This document shows positions 25,613-34,740 of a stretch of DNA of 56,803 bases, one piece after another. This DNA is from Candidatus Parcubacteria bacterium (GTDB lineage Bacteria > Patescibacteriota > Minisyncoccia > Phycocordibacterales > JAACPR01), in contig JBDLUA010000024.1 of assembly GCA_039805545.1 (NCBI GenBank), forward strand, positions 1-56,803, read 5' to 3'. Both the position numbers and the translations under genes were made by a program. How positions within the stretch are numbered: the stretch's first letter is position 1; each line of letters starts with the position of its first letter. The notes under the pieces were generated by a model that saw only the letters and a program-made list of their open reading frames with translations, ran no database searches and was not told where the DNA came from.

Positions 25613-26950
25613 CTAGTTTATTTTCTTAGCCTTCTTTCCTGTCGCTTTCTCCCATCTCTTAATAATCACTTCCGTATAGACTGGAGACTTTTCCATGATT
25701 CTACATTTCCTCCCAATCTTGATACAACTAACCAGAGTTGATCCTGAACCACCGAAGGGTTCCAATACAATATCGTCACGTTTGGTTAGAACTTTGATGT
25801 AGGGGATAAGAAGTTCAACAGGTTTGGTCCCAAAGATAATATCTTGTCCTGAAGATTTTTTATCTGATGCAACATGTGAGATAAAGTCAGTCGGACAAAT
25901 CTTTTTTCCTTTGGCGTATGACTCCCAATGAGGTTTTCCAGATGTTGCATAGATTGCATTCTCATACTCGTTCTGAAAAAGTTCTTCTTCTGGGTCAAGA
26001 TTAAGTGGAACATTTCCTTTTGAACCAACAAGTGCGATGTCTGTCTTGTTGAAGAATTTGTACTTAGAAGAAAACCCTTGCATTCGATTTGAAACATGCC
26101 ACGTGATCGTGTTCCGATACTTCCAGTGCTTCTCGAGTGCATTCCAAATGATTCGAAGGTTCTTTGGGTTTTCAAATATAATAATAGAGAAATCTGGTTT
26201 TTGGACTAATGCAACATTTGCCATCCATAAATCACTGAAGTCATCAGGAAGACTTTCTGTCTCTAAATATCTTCGATTTTTCTTTGCACCAAAACCAGTT
26301 GTGACTCCATCTTTTTGTTTTGTTTTTCCTTTCAAATAATCCAAAATGTAGGGTGGGTCTGTCATCACCATGTCCGCCTGTACTCCATCCATTAGTTTGA
26401 GCATGTCTGATTCGATTGTACTATCCCCACACATAAGGATAGAGCCATCAATCTCATACTTGTCTCCTTTTTGTACACTGATGTTTTTGATGTCCAATTT
26501 ATTGAGCTCCTTTTGAAGATCAAATTGCTCAGGAGTAGGGTCGGGAGCAAATATCTCATCTAACTCCTGTGAATCAAATCCAATCGAATTAAGAAGTGAT
26601 TCATCAAATTGAGCTAACAGTTCGAGATCAAACTCTCCTTGGTTCTTGTGTAAGCGTAGGTTGAGTTCCTGTTCGAGTTTAATGTCTGGGATGTTCACGA
26701 ATACGACAGGTACTGTTTCAAACCCAAGTTCTTTTGCGATTCTCAATCTGGCGTGTCCTCCAATCAATATCCCTTGTCTCTCTGGTGCTCCGTTAACAAC
26801 CAAACTATCTACGAAACCAAAAGTTTGAATACTCTGTTTGATTCCGTCGAGTGCTTCCTTTGAAAACTTTTTCGGATTGTATGTGTTTTCTTTGATGTCG
26901 GTAATAGGAACATATTGAACGGTAAGTTGTGAGTTGTGTTTTGTTGTCAT
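25613..26950 (-). CDS. ParB-like nuclease domain fused to a DNA methyltransferase
   Basis: ParB/Srx N-terminus (IGGHARLRIAKELG). DPPY motif (MTDPPYILDY). SAM-binding EPFGGSGST near the C-terminus. Confidence 0.85.
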   Translation of the reverse strand: MTTKHNSQLTVQYVPITDIKENTYNPKKFSKEALDGIKQSIQTFGFVDSLVVNGAPERQGILIGGHARLRIAKELGFETVPVVFVNIPDIKLEQELNLRLHKNQGEFDLELLAQFDESLLNSIGFDSQELDEIFAPDPTPEQFDLQKELNKLDIKNISVQKGDKYEIDGSILMCGDSTIESDMLKLMDGVQADMVMTDPPYILDYLKGKTKQKDGVTTGFGAKKNRRYLETESLPDDFSDLWMANVALVQKPDFSIIIFENPKNLRIIWNALEKHWKYRNTITWHVSNRMQGFSSKYKFFNKTDIALVGSKGNVPLNLDPEEELFQNEYENAIYATSGKPHWESYAKGKKICPTDFISHVASDKKSSGQDIIFGTKPVELLIPYIKVLTKRDDIVLEPFGGSGSTLVSCIKIGRKCRIMEKSPVYTEVIIKRWEKATGKKAKKIN

Positions 26951-27479
26951 GACTAATTTATTTATTTGCTAAATTAGTTCTCTCATAGGTGAGTACACTT
27001 TATATTAAAAAAGTACACTCAAAGAAACACCAGAACATTCTTTTTAAAATGCTCTGGTATGCCTTCAAATGTACTTTCTTGTTTCAAACTTTTTGCTATG
27101 GGTGGCACCATCTAAAACCGTTTAATATACATTTCATTCGATATCCGCTTATCTTGGTTTGCATTTGGTACGAGGACCTCCGAGAAAGGAATAACTACTT
27201 CTGGGGAAGTAAGGAAATCTTATTTATGGAAGAACTATTTTCTAGTATAAATACCTTATTAAAATATTCAAGCAAAAAAACATTTCATTTTGTAAATTGT
27301 TTATGAATAGTGTAAATAGGTTTTTTGAAGAATAAACAAATAAATGATTGTTGCTGTCAGTACTGTAAATTGAACAAAAAAGAGGGGTGTGGATATCTAA
27401 AACATAGACCACAGAGTATGTATTTAGTCCAGAGCAAAAGGACTTCGCAAGACCCTGAAGTTAAGCTATTATGTCAAAG

Positions 27480-27509
27480 ATGACATTTATCTGATATGAT
27501 AAATGTCAT
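27480..27509. repeat. perfect 12-bp inverted repeat with a 6-nt spacer
   Basis: atgacatttatc-tgatat-gataaatgtcat. Confidence 0.7.
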
Positions 27510-27526
27510 ACAACAAAGACCTAACC

Positions 27527-27727
27527 CCTAGAAAACCCTTAGTTCTCTAGGATATGGTCGGAATAAAACCGCTACAGCATAGAAGACTCCTCGTCAGAGT
27601 CGCTGTAGCGGTCATGTATTCGAAAGAGTATATGGGTAATCGAAAGATTATCGCGATGGCGGGGAGTCTTCTGTCCCGACTCACACTCTTCGCTGATTAT
27701 TATCAGTATTAAAAAACCGCTACAGTG
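27527..27727 (+). promoter_or_regulatory. structured leader RNA upstream of HNH/radical-SAM genes, with alternative pairings that include the start codon
   Basis: accgctacag at 27568-27577 and again at 27716-27725, the latter overlapping the GTG start at 27725. Its complement lies at 27602-27612. gaagactcc 27582-27590 pairs with ggagtcttc 27663-27671. Two GAAA-tetraloop hairpins (27617-27630, 27637-27650), one with a G-U pair that forms only on the + strand. Confidence 0.45.
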
Positions 27728-28162
27728 AAATTTGAATACCCTGAAGATCAGGAGTTTTTTGCTCATCTACTTACAGATGGAGATATAGAGAAACTAAATA
27801 AAGAATGTTCCGTTCTGTTTGATTTTAGACATCAAGGAATTAAACGTTGGGAGTTTAATAAGACTCGTAAAAAGCTTCTTGAAGAATTAGTTAAAAAACA
27901 TAATAGTATCTGCCAATTAAAAATCCATCCTGAATGTACTAATGACAATGGATTTGAGCCAGATCACATCATCCCAATTTCTTCCAATATTCTTAATAAA
28001 GAATTACGTAATCTAAAAGGGGGAAACGGATTAAAAACTCTCACTCAAGATTTTGGTTCAAACGATATTCGAAATCTAACATTAGCTTGCAAGAAGTGTA
28101 ATGCGAGAAAGAAGAATAAGATTTTGACAGGAGCTGTTTTGAGGAGGCTTTTGGGGTTGTAA
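27725..28162 (+). CDS. HNH endonuclease
   Basis: 145 aa with a GTG start. EPDHIIPIS ... NLTLACKKCNARK HNH/zinc motif. Confidence 0.75.
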   Translation: MKFEYPEDQEFFAHLLTDGDIEKLNKECSVLFDFRHQGIKRWEFNKTRKKLLEELVKKHNSICQLKIHPECTNDNGFEPDHIIPISSNILNKELRNLKGGNGLKTLTQDFGSNDIRNLTLACKKCNARKKNKILTGAVLRRLLGL

Positions 28163-28225
28163 TAGCGTTATTTAAAGATAATTTATACTTGAGAATAATA
28201 TGTTAAATTATGATACCATTATTTT

Positions 28226-29833
28226 ATGGAAAAATTTAAACCAGACCAGCAAGATATAAGCCCTGAATCATCTTTAGAAAAAGGTAGAGAAACAATGCTT
28301 TTTTGCCGTCCTGATGAATTGTCCGGTCGCTTAAGTGAATTTAGCGCACAATCTTCTCCTGAAGAATTTTTTAAAAAAGTATGTAGTGATGCTGACATGT
28401 TGGCACAGGTATCCTATTGGGAAAAATGGCTTACAAGAGAGCAAGCATCTTTACTAGAAAGAACTAGGCTAGAGCAGAGAAATGAAGTACGAAAGAAGGA
28501 ACTTCCTTTAGGTTTAGAAACTAGATTTGATGAAGAAGAACGTGAATTGATTTTTTCTAACGTCTCAGCCATTCAATTATCAGTTGGTTGCTCAATCGGA
28601 TGTCCTCATTGTGGTTTTGATGCAATAAAAGGTGTTAAAGAAGAAATACCTTATGAACAACTTAATAATATGTTTCAACGTTATGGAAAGATGATACAAA
28701 AAGGTGAACCGTTTTTGTACTGGGCTTCCGAACCTTCAGATTATTACTCAAAAGATAAGGATGGAAATGAAAAAAGATATAAAGATGTTCATGAACTTGC
28801 GGTTAATGAAGCAGGATATGTGCCTGCGGTAACAACACAAAATCATGACAAATCTTGGATCGATCAAATGAGAGAAATAAAACGTAAACAAGAGTTAATT
28901 TCTAGCTCAGAATTTAGAATTAGTACACACGGCCTTTCGGACGATGAATTATTGGAACTCGAGGAACAAAACGAAGAAGAAAATCTTCGCATCATTGATT
29001 CAAAAATGAATTCAGGAGTGAGAAAAAAAGTAATTGGAATGGGTATAACTCAAAAGAAACAAGAAAATTTAGACTCAGATATACCAAAATCAGGAATAGC
29101 TTGTGTGGATGGTATTTTAATTACACCAAGAGGCCTTTATGGCATGGTTGTTGTTCCTATATCAAAAGAATTTCCTCAAGGTCAAATCATTATGCCACTT
29201 CATGAAATATCTGATCGACCTATTAAAGTAGGAGATAACATGAAAGAAGTCTTAACTCGGGCAATTGCAGAAACAAAATATTCTCATCAGGGCGCAGGAC
29301 TTGATGAAGGTCAGCAATACCAAAAATTTAATAAATCCCATGTCCGACGACATGCTGACGTATTCACTGGTGAGAATACTCATTCAGTTTTTTTTGATGG
29401 AATGACGGGGGATGTTATTGACTCAATCCTTTTACTAAAAGAACCTGAACAATATTTACAGGAAAACGAGGACAGAATAATTTCTCTTGCAGGAAAAGAA
29501 AAAAGCATAGAAGTTTCATTAAAAGAAATAATCACCATTATTTTTAGTTTGCTACGAAAAATCAGAAAAGAAATCCCTTACTTTGATCATAAAGTAAATG
29601 ACGTTTATCGATCAAAAATAATTATAGATGAATTGTTTGAAGCTAGTAAAGAATCTGATATAGAAAAGGTCGTTGATTTAATTAAAAGAATTAAGAGGCA
29701 CGTACAAACTTCTTCAGTATTCGCAAAAATGGATAACCTGCAAGTTGAAAAAAGTGCTGAAGATTTTAAAAAAAACCTCGATATGATTTTGGAAGTAGTG
29801 TCAAAGGTAGAGGAAGTTTCAAAAGGGGAGTAA
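28226..29833 (+). CDS. radical SAM-like protein (CxxxCxxC) with a long unknown C-terminal region
   Basis: SVGCSIGCPHCGF at about residues 118-130. 535 aa. Lies 63 nt downstream of the HNH gene. Confidence 0.55.
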   Translation: MEKFKPDQQDISPESSLEKGRETMLFCRPDELSGRLSEFSAQSSPEEFFKKVCSDADMLAQVSYWEKWLTREQASLLERTRLEQRNEVRKKELPLGLETRFDEEERELIFSNVSAIQLSVGCSIGCPHCGFDAIKGVKEEIPYEQLNNMFQRYGKMIQKGEPFLYWASEPSDYYSKDKDGNEKRYKDVHELAVNEAGYVPAVTTQNHDKSWIDQMREIKRKQELISSSEFRISTHGLSDDELLELEEQNEEENLRIIDSKMNSGVRKKVIGMGITQKKQENLDSDIPKSGIACVDGILITPRGLYGMVVVPISKEFPQGQIIMPLHEISDRPIKVGDNMKEVLTRAIAETKYSHQGAGLDEGQQYQKFNKSHVRRHADVFTGENTHSVFFDGMTGDVIDSILLLKEPEQYLQENEDRIISLAGKEKSIEVSLKEIITIIFSLLRKIRKEIPYFDHKVNDVYRSKIIIDELFEASKESDIEKVVDLIKRIKRHVQTSSVFAKMDNLQVEKSAEDFKKNLDMILEVVSKVEEVSKGE

Positions 29834-29989
29834 AGACAGAAGTTGTGTGCTTTTAGGGAGTTTCCTCTCCTTTTTATACTGTCTACTTTGTCTACTAAAT
29901 ATCAACCGAGGTGCTCGAGTAGCGCATGCTTTTTGATGGCTGAAGTGGCTTGTGAGGTCTCACTAGACATACCACTGAACCGAGCTGTC

Positions 29990-30021
29990 CAGTAGCCTAG
30001 TATAAAGTATCGGGTGACCGA
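29990..30021 (+). repeat. direct repeat copy 3 (partial, att-like), proposed right border of the island
   Basis: cagtagcctagtataaagtatcgggtgaccga matches 28 of 32 nt at the start of copies 1 and 2. Confidence 0.55.
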
Positions 30022-30106
30022 TTTTATTTACACTATTTTTTCAAAAGAGAATTATCCTACTCCAGAATAACTCATTTTATTCTCAATATGCTACAATATC
30101 TTCAAC

Positions 30107-31177
30107 TTGAAACAAATTTTAGAACATAAGTATACACCCTTTGTTGCATTAGGACTTTTTGTTTTGTTTGTAATTCTTTCTCAAATTCCTGCAACTATTG
30201 AATATGCGGCCTCAATTCCTACTGCAGCTACCTCATTAGATATTCCAACAGATACTTCAAATGTTTTAGATGTACAAAAGTATAATGAAAAAATTTTGAG
30301 TCTTGCAAATCTTCCTGTTCGTACAGGAACTTCAACTGCAACAAGTACAATAAATTCTCTGTGGCCACCTAAGACACCCATGCCTCTTGCGGGAGCGATA
30401 TTACCTTTTAAGCGTGTGGTTGCATATTATGGAAACTTATATTCAAAAGGTATGGGTGTGCTCGGAGAATATCCAGAAGAACAAATGCTACAAATGCTCC
30501 AGGCTGAAGTAAAAAAATGGGAAGCTGCAGATCCTGAAACTCCTGTTCAGCCAGCTTTGCATTATATTGCTTCTACTGCCCAGGCAAGTCCAGGAAAAGA
30601 AGGTCTGTATACTTTGAGAATGCCAGACAGTGAAATAGACAAAGTTCTTAAAATGGCCAAAAAATCTAATGCAATTGTATTTCTTGATTTACAGATTGGG
30701 CTCAGTAACGTACCAAAAGAAATTCCTTATATTGAAAAATATTTAAAAATGCCAAATGTACACCTTGGGCTTGATCCAGAATTTTCTATGAAAACAGGGA
30801 AGGCACCCGGAACTGTAATCGGAACTATGGATGCAACTGATATAAATTATGCTGCTAATTATCTTGCAAAATTAGTGAAAGAAAATAATCTTCCACCAAA
30901 AATATTAGTGATTCATCGTTTTACTCAAGATATGGTTACGAATTATAAAAAAATAACACCACTACCTGAAGTACAAATTGTAATGGATATGGACGGATGG
31001 GGATTCAAAGCAAAAAAAATAAATACATACAATCAAGTAATTTATCCTGAACCTGTACAGTTCACCGGATTTAAATTGTTTTATAAAAATGATCTTAAAG
31101 GTGAAGAAGGTGGTCTTATGACTCCTCATGAAGTATTGCAACTTTCTCCACAACCAATTTATATTCAGTATCAGTAA
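30107..31177 (+). CDS. membrane-anchored/exported protein of unknown function
   Basis: 356 aa with a TTG start and an N-terminal hydrophobic helix. No motif I can name confidently. Confidence 0.5.
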   Translation: MKQILEHKYTPFVALGLFVLFVILSQIPATIEYAASIPTAATSLDIPTDTSNVLDVQKYNEKILSLANLPVRTGTSTATSTINSLWPPKTPMPLAGAILPFKRVVAYYGNLYSKGMGVLGEYPEEQMLQMLQAEVKKWEAADPETPVQPALHYIASTAQASPGKEGLYTLRMPDSEIDKVLKMAKKSNAIVFLDLQIGLSNVPKEIPYIEKYLKMPNVHLGLDPEFSMKTGKAPGTVIGTMDATDINYAANYLAKLVKENNLPPKILVIHRFTQDMVTNYKKITPLPEVQIVMDMDGWGFKAKKINTYNQVIYPEPVQFTGFKLFYKNDLKGEEGGLMTPHEVLQLSPQPIYIQYQ

Positions 31178-31187
31178 AAAGTATTTG

Positions 31188-31219
31188 AAAAATCCGCACC
31201 CCCGAGAGGGTGCGGATTT
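31188..31219. terminator. bidirectional terminator between convergent genes
   Basis: atccgcaccc-cgaga-gggtgcggat with flanking A and T runs. Confidence 0.65.
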
Positions 31220-31237
31220 GTGGATCCTGCCGATCAA

Positions 31238-32011
31238 TCAGATAGCAGGCTTGTCGCCATGGCGATTCCAGAGTCGTGTCTCGCTACGACCATTTTTCAG
31301 GTCGATTTTTTTGAACGAGACTGCGACCAGATAGTCGTTGCCTTGTTTCAAGATGGCGACCAGGTTCTCTAGGGAATTGATGGCTGAAGTCCACAGAATC
31401 CTTGGACCCCCTTCAAAACGAAGAGGAGTCTTGCTGCCGTCGCCGTCGTATGTTGCAAGGAACTTGGCGTAACCGGGTTTGATTTGCTCAGGGGTAGTCA
31501 GTGAGATCAGAGTTGATCCGTCCTCGTTCGGTGAGTGAGTTACGAATTCAAACATGGGGACAATCTGATCTTCCGGAACTTGGCCGCGAATCAGCTGGCA
31601 AGTTGCAGTGATTCTGTTTGTAAGGATAGGATCATCCGGCTCATGTTTGAATCCGGTAAGCACTCCGCCGAGCAGAGTAGAATCGAGGCGTGCTTCGAGA
31701 GCCATCGTGGTCTGGCTGCCGTTACTGATCGCGAATATACGATTGTGCCGCTCGGCTTGGGTGGGATAGAGGGTCAAGTCGGCGTCACCCACTCCTTGCG
31801 TAGTGTCAACTTGTTCGGTTCTGACAGTTGCGTCCGTTCCGAACACATAGCGACGATTTTGACTTCCTGGACTGCGACCGCTGATTGCGGTTGCAAGGTA
31901 TACGTGGTTGCCTGATTCAGAAACTGCAGCGAAAATGGCTCGCCCAAAGTAACTACAGGTAAGCAGACGGTCTAGGTTTTGTTCCGCAAGTGCGGCGAAG
32001 TTTTGACTCAT
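31238..32011 (-). CDS. IMP cyclohydrolase-like (PurO family) protein, GC-rich
   Basis: YFGRAIFAAVSESGNHVYLATAISGRSPGSQNR, IFAISNGSQT and EPDDPILTNRITA parallel the archaeal PurO motifs YLGR..YRVSSRSFPNR, VSNGSHT and ELNTPRIAA. Recalled from memory, not searched. Confidence 0.65.
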   Translation of the reverse strand: MSQNFAALAEQNLDRLLTCSYFGRAIFAAVSESGNHVYLATAISGRSPGSQNRRYVFGTDATVRTEQVDTTQGVGDADLTLYPTQAERHNRIFAISNGSQTTMALEARLDSTLLGGVLTGFKHEPDDPILTNRITATCQLIRGQVPEDQIVPMFEFVTHSPNEDGSTLISLTTPEQIKPGYAKFLATYDGDGSKTPLRFEGGPRILWTSAINSLENLVAILKQGNDYLVAVSFKKIDLKNGRSETRLWNRHGDKPAI

Positions 32012-32129
32012 GGATTATGTGATGTTCGTGGTTTTGGTGCATCCAAGACAAGTGCGCCGAGGATTTCAGGATAACTCTATAAAATATGATGTTTTTGTCA
32101 ATAAAAAATAATAGTATATAGTTATCGAT

Positions 32130-33158
32130 ATGGATGAATATAATCCTCTAAAAATAAAGCTCGCGTATGTCTCTGGTCTTCGAGATATTGTTTTTGATGA
32201 AGTTAAACAGACACCCGAATTTAAAATTATCAAAGAAGGGAAGGATTGTTTGTATGTAGAATATATGGATGATTTTGAAAAAATAAAAAAACTCCATACA
32301 GTATCGAGAGCATATATAACTACTGAGGATTCAAAATTTCATCCGATGCATATTTCAAAACACAAATCTATTTTGGGAGATTTGATCGGTATTGTTATTG
32401 AAAAAAATAATGCAGGAGATTTTAAAACGTTTAACATTAATTGCGCCGGATCTAATTCTGAGGAGGTAAAAGAAATAAAAAAATATATTTCTTCTGAATT
32501 TAAGCTTGCCGATGCTGATGATGCGGATCTTAAGATATATATCGCTAAGATAAAAGATACATGGGAACTCAGTATTCAAATAACTCCGCGGCCACTTTCT
32601 GTAAGAGAATATAAAGTAAAAAATATGAGCGGTGCGATGGATCCTACGATTGCATACGCACTTAATTTTTTGTGTAATCTTGATATGCGGAAGACATACC
32701 TCAATGTGTTTTCTGGAAGTGCAACTTTATTAATAGAAGCAGGTTTGCACTATGACAATCTTGAAAAATTAATTGGGTTTGATAATGATAAAGAACATCT
32801 TTCTTTGTCTATTCAAAATATCAAAAAAGCAGGATTAATTAGAAAGATAGAAGTGAAAGAGTTTGATATCTTTGAAAAACCAGAACTCGGAAGCTTTGAT
32901 GTGATTACCTCTGATTTACCTTTTGGAATGTCTATTTCAAAGGGAGAAGATTTAGAGAAATTGTATAAAGCGTTTATAGAATATTGTGAAAGTCATTTAA
33001 ATTCAGACGGGGTGCTCGGAGTATATACAAGTGAGTTTGAACTTTTTGAAAGGCTAATTTCTCAATCTAAATTTTCAATCAAAAAAGAAGTGAAAATTAA
33101 TTTAGTTACAAACGAAAAACAATATCTGCCCGTGAAGATTATAATGCTTGGTTTTTAG
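32130..33158 (+). CDS. THUMP-like domain + class I SAM methyltransferase (probable RNA m2G-type MTase)
   Basis: N-terminal ~150-aa THUMP-like region. FSGSATLLIEA motif I and SDLPFG motif IV. Confidence 0.65.
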   Translation: MDEYNPLKIKLAYVSGLRDIVFDEVKQTPEFKIIKEGKDCLYVEYMDDFEKIKKLHTVSRAYITTEDSKFHPMHISKHKSILGDLIGIVIEKNNAGDFKTFNINCAGSNSEEVKEIKKYISSEFKLADADDADLKIYIAKIKDTWELSIQITPRPLSVREYKVKNMSGAMDPTIAYALNFLCNLDMRKTYLNVFSGSATLLIEAGLHYDNLEKLIGFDNDKEHLSLSIQNIKKAGLIRKIEVKEFDIFEKPELGSFDVITSDLPFGMSISKGEDLEKLYKAFIEYCESHLNSDGVLGVYTSEFELFERLISQSKFSIKKEVKINLVTNEKQYLPVKIIMLGF

Positions 33159-33200
33159 TACCATATGTACTTCAAATAAAATTGAGTTATCATTATATAT

Positions 33201-33731
33201 ATGAAAAAACACATTCCATTAATCATAGGTCTTTCGCTACCTGTTTTATTTATTTTAATTATTTCAGCAGTTATTTATCTTCCTGTTCTTTCGATAAAAC
33301 CACAACACAATTTTTTGTATGTAATGCAAGATAAATATGCGCGTTACGATCAAGTGTCTATGTATAAGTACGATGTGGAGAATGGAAAAATTGTAACCAA
33401 ACCTAACACTAAAAAATTTCCGGAACAAGTTTTATTGAACGAACCGCCAAAACTTTATTTGTACGATATTAATACAAGTACTTCTCACGAGGTTTCTTTT
33501 GCTGATGCACAAAAATTTTCTGTAGATCCAGGACCTTCTTCACCAGATGGATATACTGTCGAATATAAATATGGACATGATGGAGTTTTTGAATTGTTCG
33601 GATCTAACAATGGTTCAAACGGATACTACATTTCAAAAGGTAATGGAAGTAAAAAATTAAAAGGGATTTCAAACTTTGATGGATATTGGGGATATGATGA
33701 AGAATTTCAAATTATTGGATGGATAAAATAA
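33201..33731 (+). CDS. membrane-anchored protein, unknown function
   Basis: 176 aa with a single N-terminal TM. Confidence 0.5.
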   Translation: MKKHIPLIIGLSLPVLFILIISAVIYLPVLSIKPQHNFLYVMQDKYARYDQVSMYKYDVENGKIVTKPNTKKFPEQVLLNEPPKLYLYDINTSTSHEVSFADAQKFSVDPGPSSPDGYTVEYKYGHDGVFELFGSNNGSNGYYISKGNGSKKLKGISNFDGYWGYDEEFQIIGWIK

Positions 33732-33735
33732 ATAT

Positions 33736-34740
33736 ATGGATAAACAACAGATAATTTCTTTTATACAAAGACAAGTTGAAGAAGGTAGAATTACACAAAA
33801 TGAGATTTATCAAATCTTTAATCCTGGAACAACTCAAGTACAAACCACACTTCAGGTAGGTGAGCATAAAGACGATCATACAAAAAACCTAATCAATATC
33901 TTCTATGGAATTGGTGCAATCATTGTATTAATAGGTATTGTTATTCTTATTGGACAAAATTGGGATGATATTGGCTTTGGTGGACGAGTAGGAGTAACAC
34001 TCGGTGTCTCTCTTATCGCTTATATTTTCGGATTCATATTAAGGAATAATGAACAAAAATTACTTTCACCACTTTCGTTTGTTGTATCAGGTGTACTTTT
34101 ACCACTTGGCTCATATATAGTGTGTGATGAGTTTTCAATTGAGTATTCTCTAACTACTCAGATTGCAATATCGGCTATTATTACTGTGTTATTTGCAAAT
34201 GCACTTCTTATCACAAAGAAAAATATTCTTATACTCTTAACAATAGGATACACTTCTTGGTTTTATATCGTTTCATTAATTAAAGTTCTTGATATGGGAT
34301 ATACCGATATTGGATGGATGAAATGGGCAATCATGCTTTTGGGTGTATCTTATATATTGATTAGTTATGCACTTAATCAATCTACTCAAGTGATAGATGA
34401 ACACGATAGAAAAGAAAAGAGGTCCATACAAAAAGTGTTATATGCTTTTGGTACACTTGGGATACTGGGTGCCGGTATTGCGGTAGGAGGATTCTTTGAT
34501 CTTGTATTCATTGCTATTATCTTTGCAATGTTTTATCTCAGTACATACATTAAGAGTAAAGAAATGCTGGGACTTTCATCAATATTTCTGATGGCACATA
34601 TCATAAAACTAACTTCTAAATATTTTGCAGATATGATTAGTTGGCCGATTGCACTTATCGGAGTTGGATTTATGATTATTTCTATTGGATATGCGACTTA
34701 CTATTTGAATAGAGAATTTATTGTAAAGAAGCATGTCTAG
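33736..34740 (+). CDS. polytopic membrane protein, unknown function
   Basis: 334 aa with a soluble N-terminus followed by about 8 hydrophobic helices. Confidence 0.55.
   Translation: MDKQQIISFIQRQVEEGRITQNEIYQIFNPGTTQVQTTLQVGEHKDDHTKNLINIFYGIGAIIVLIGIVILIGQNWDDIGFGGRVGVTLGVSLIAYIFGFILRNNEQKLLSPLSFVVSGVLLPLGSYIVCDEFSIEYSLTTQIAISAIITVLFANALLITKKNILILLTIGYTSWFYIVSLIKVLDMGYTDIGWMKWAIMLLGVSYILISYALNQSTQVIDEHDRKEKRSIQKVLYAFGTLGILGAGIAVGGFFDLVFIAIIFAMFYLSTYIKSKEMLGLSSIFLMAHIIKLTSKYFADMISWPIALIGVGFMIISIGYATYYLNREFIVKKHV

Noticed and set aside
26989-27306. 105-aa ORF (GTG start) between the ParB-MTase gene and the HNH leader
   Set aside because: It has an F/C/W/Y/K-rich composition typical of AT-rich non-coding DNA. 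It lacks an RBS, a recognisable motif or coupling to neighbouring genes. The region more likely holds the divergent promoter and operator of the minus-strand operon.
27300-27727. Retron (msr/msd) or DGR template region, suggested by inverted and direct repeats upstream of the HNH gene
   Set aside because: No reverse transcriptase ORF exists anywhere in the window, and no VR/TR pair is seen. The repeats fit alternative RNA pairings of a cis-regulatory leader better.
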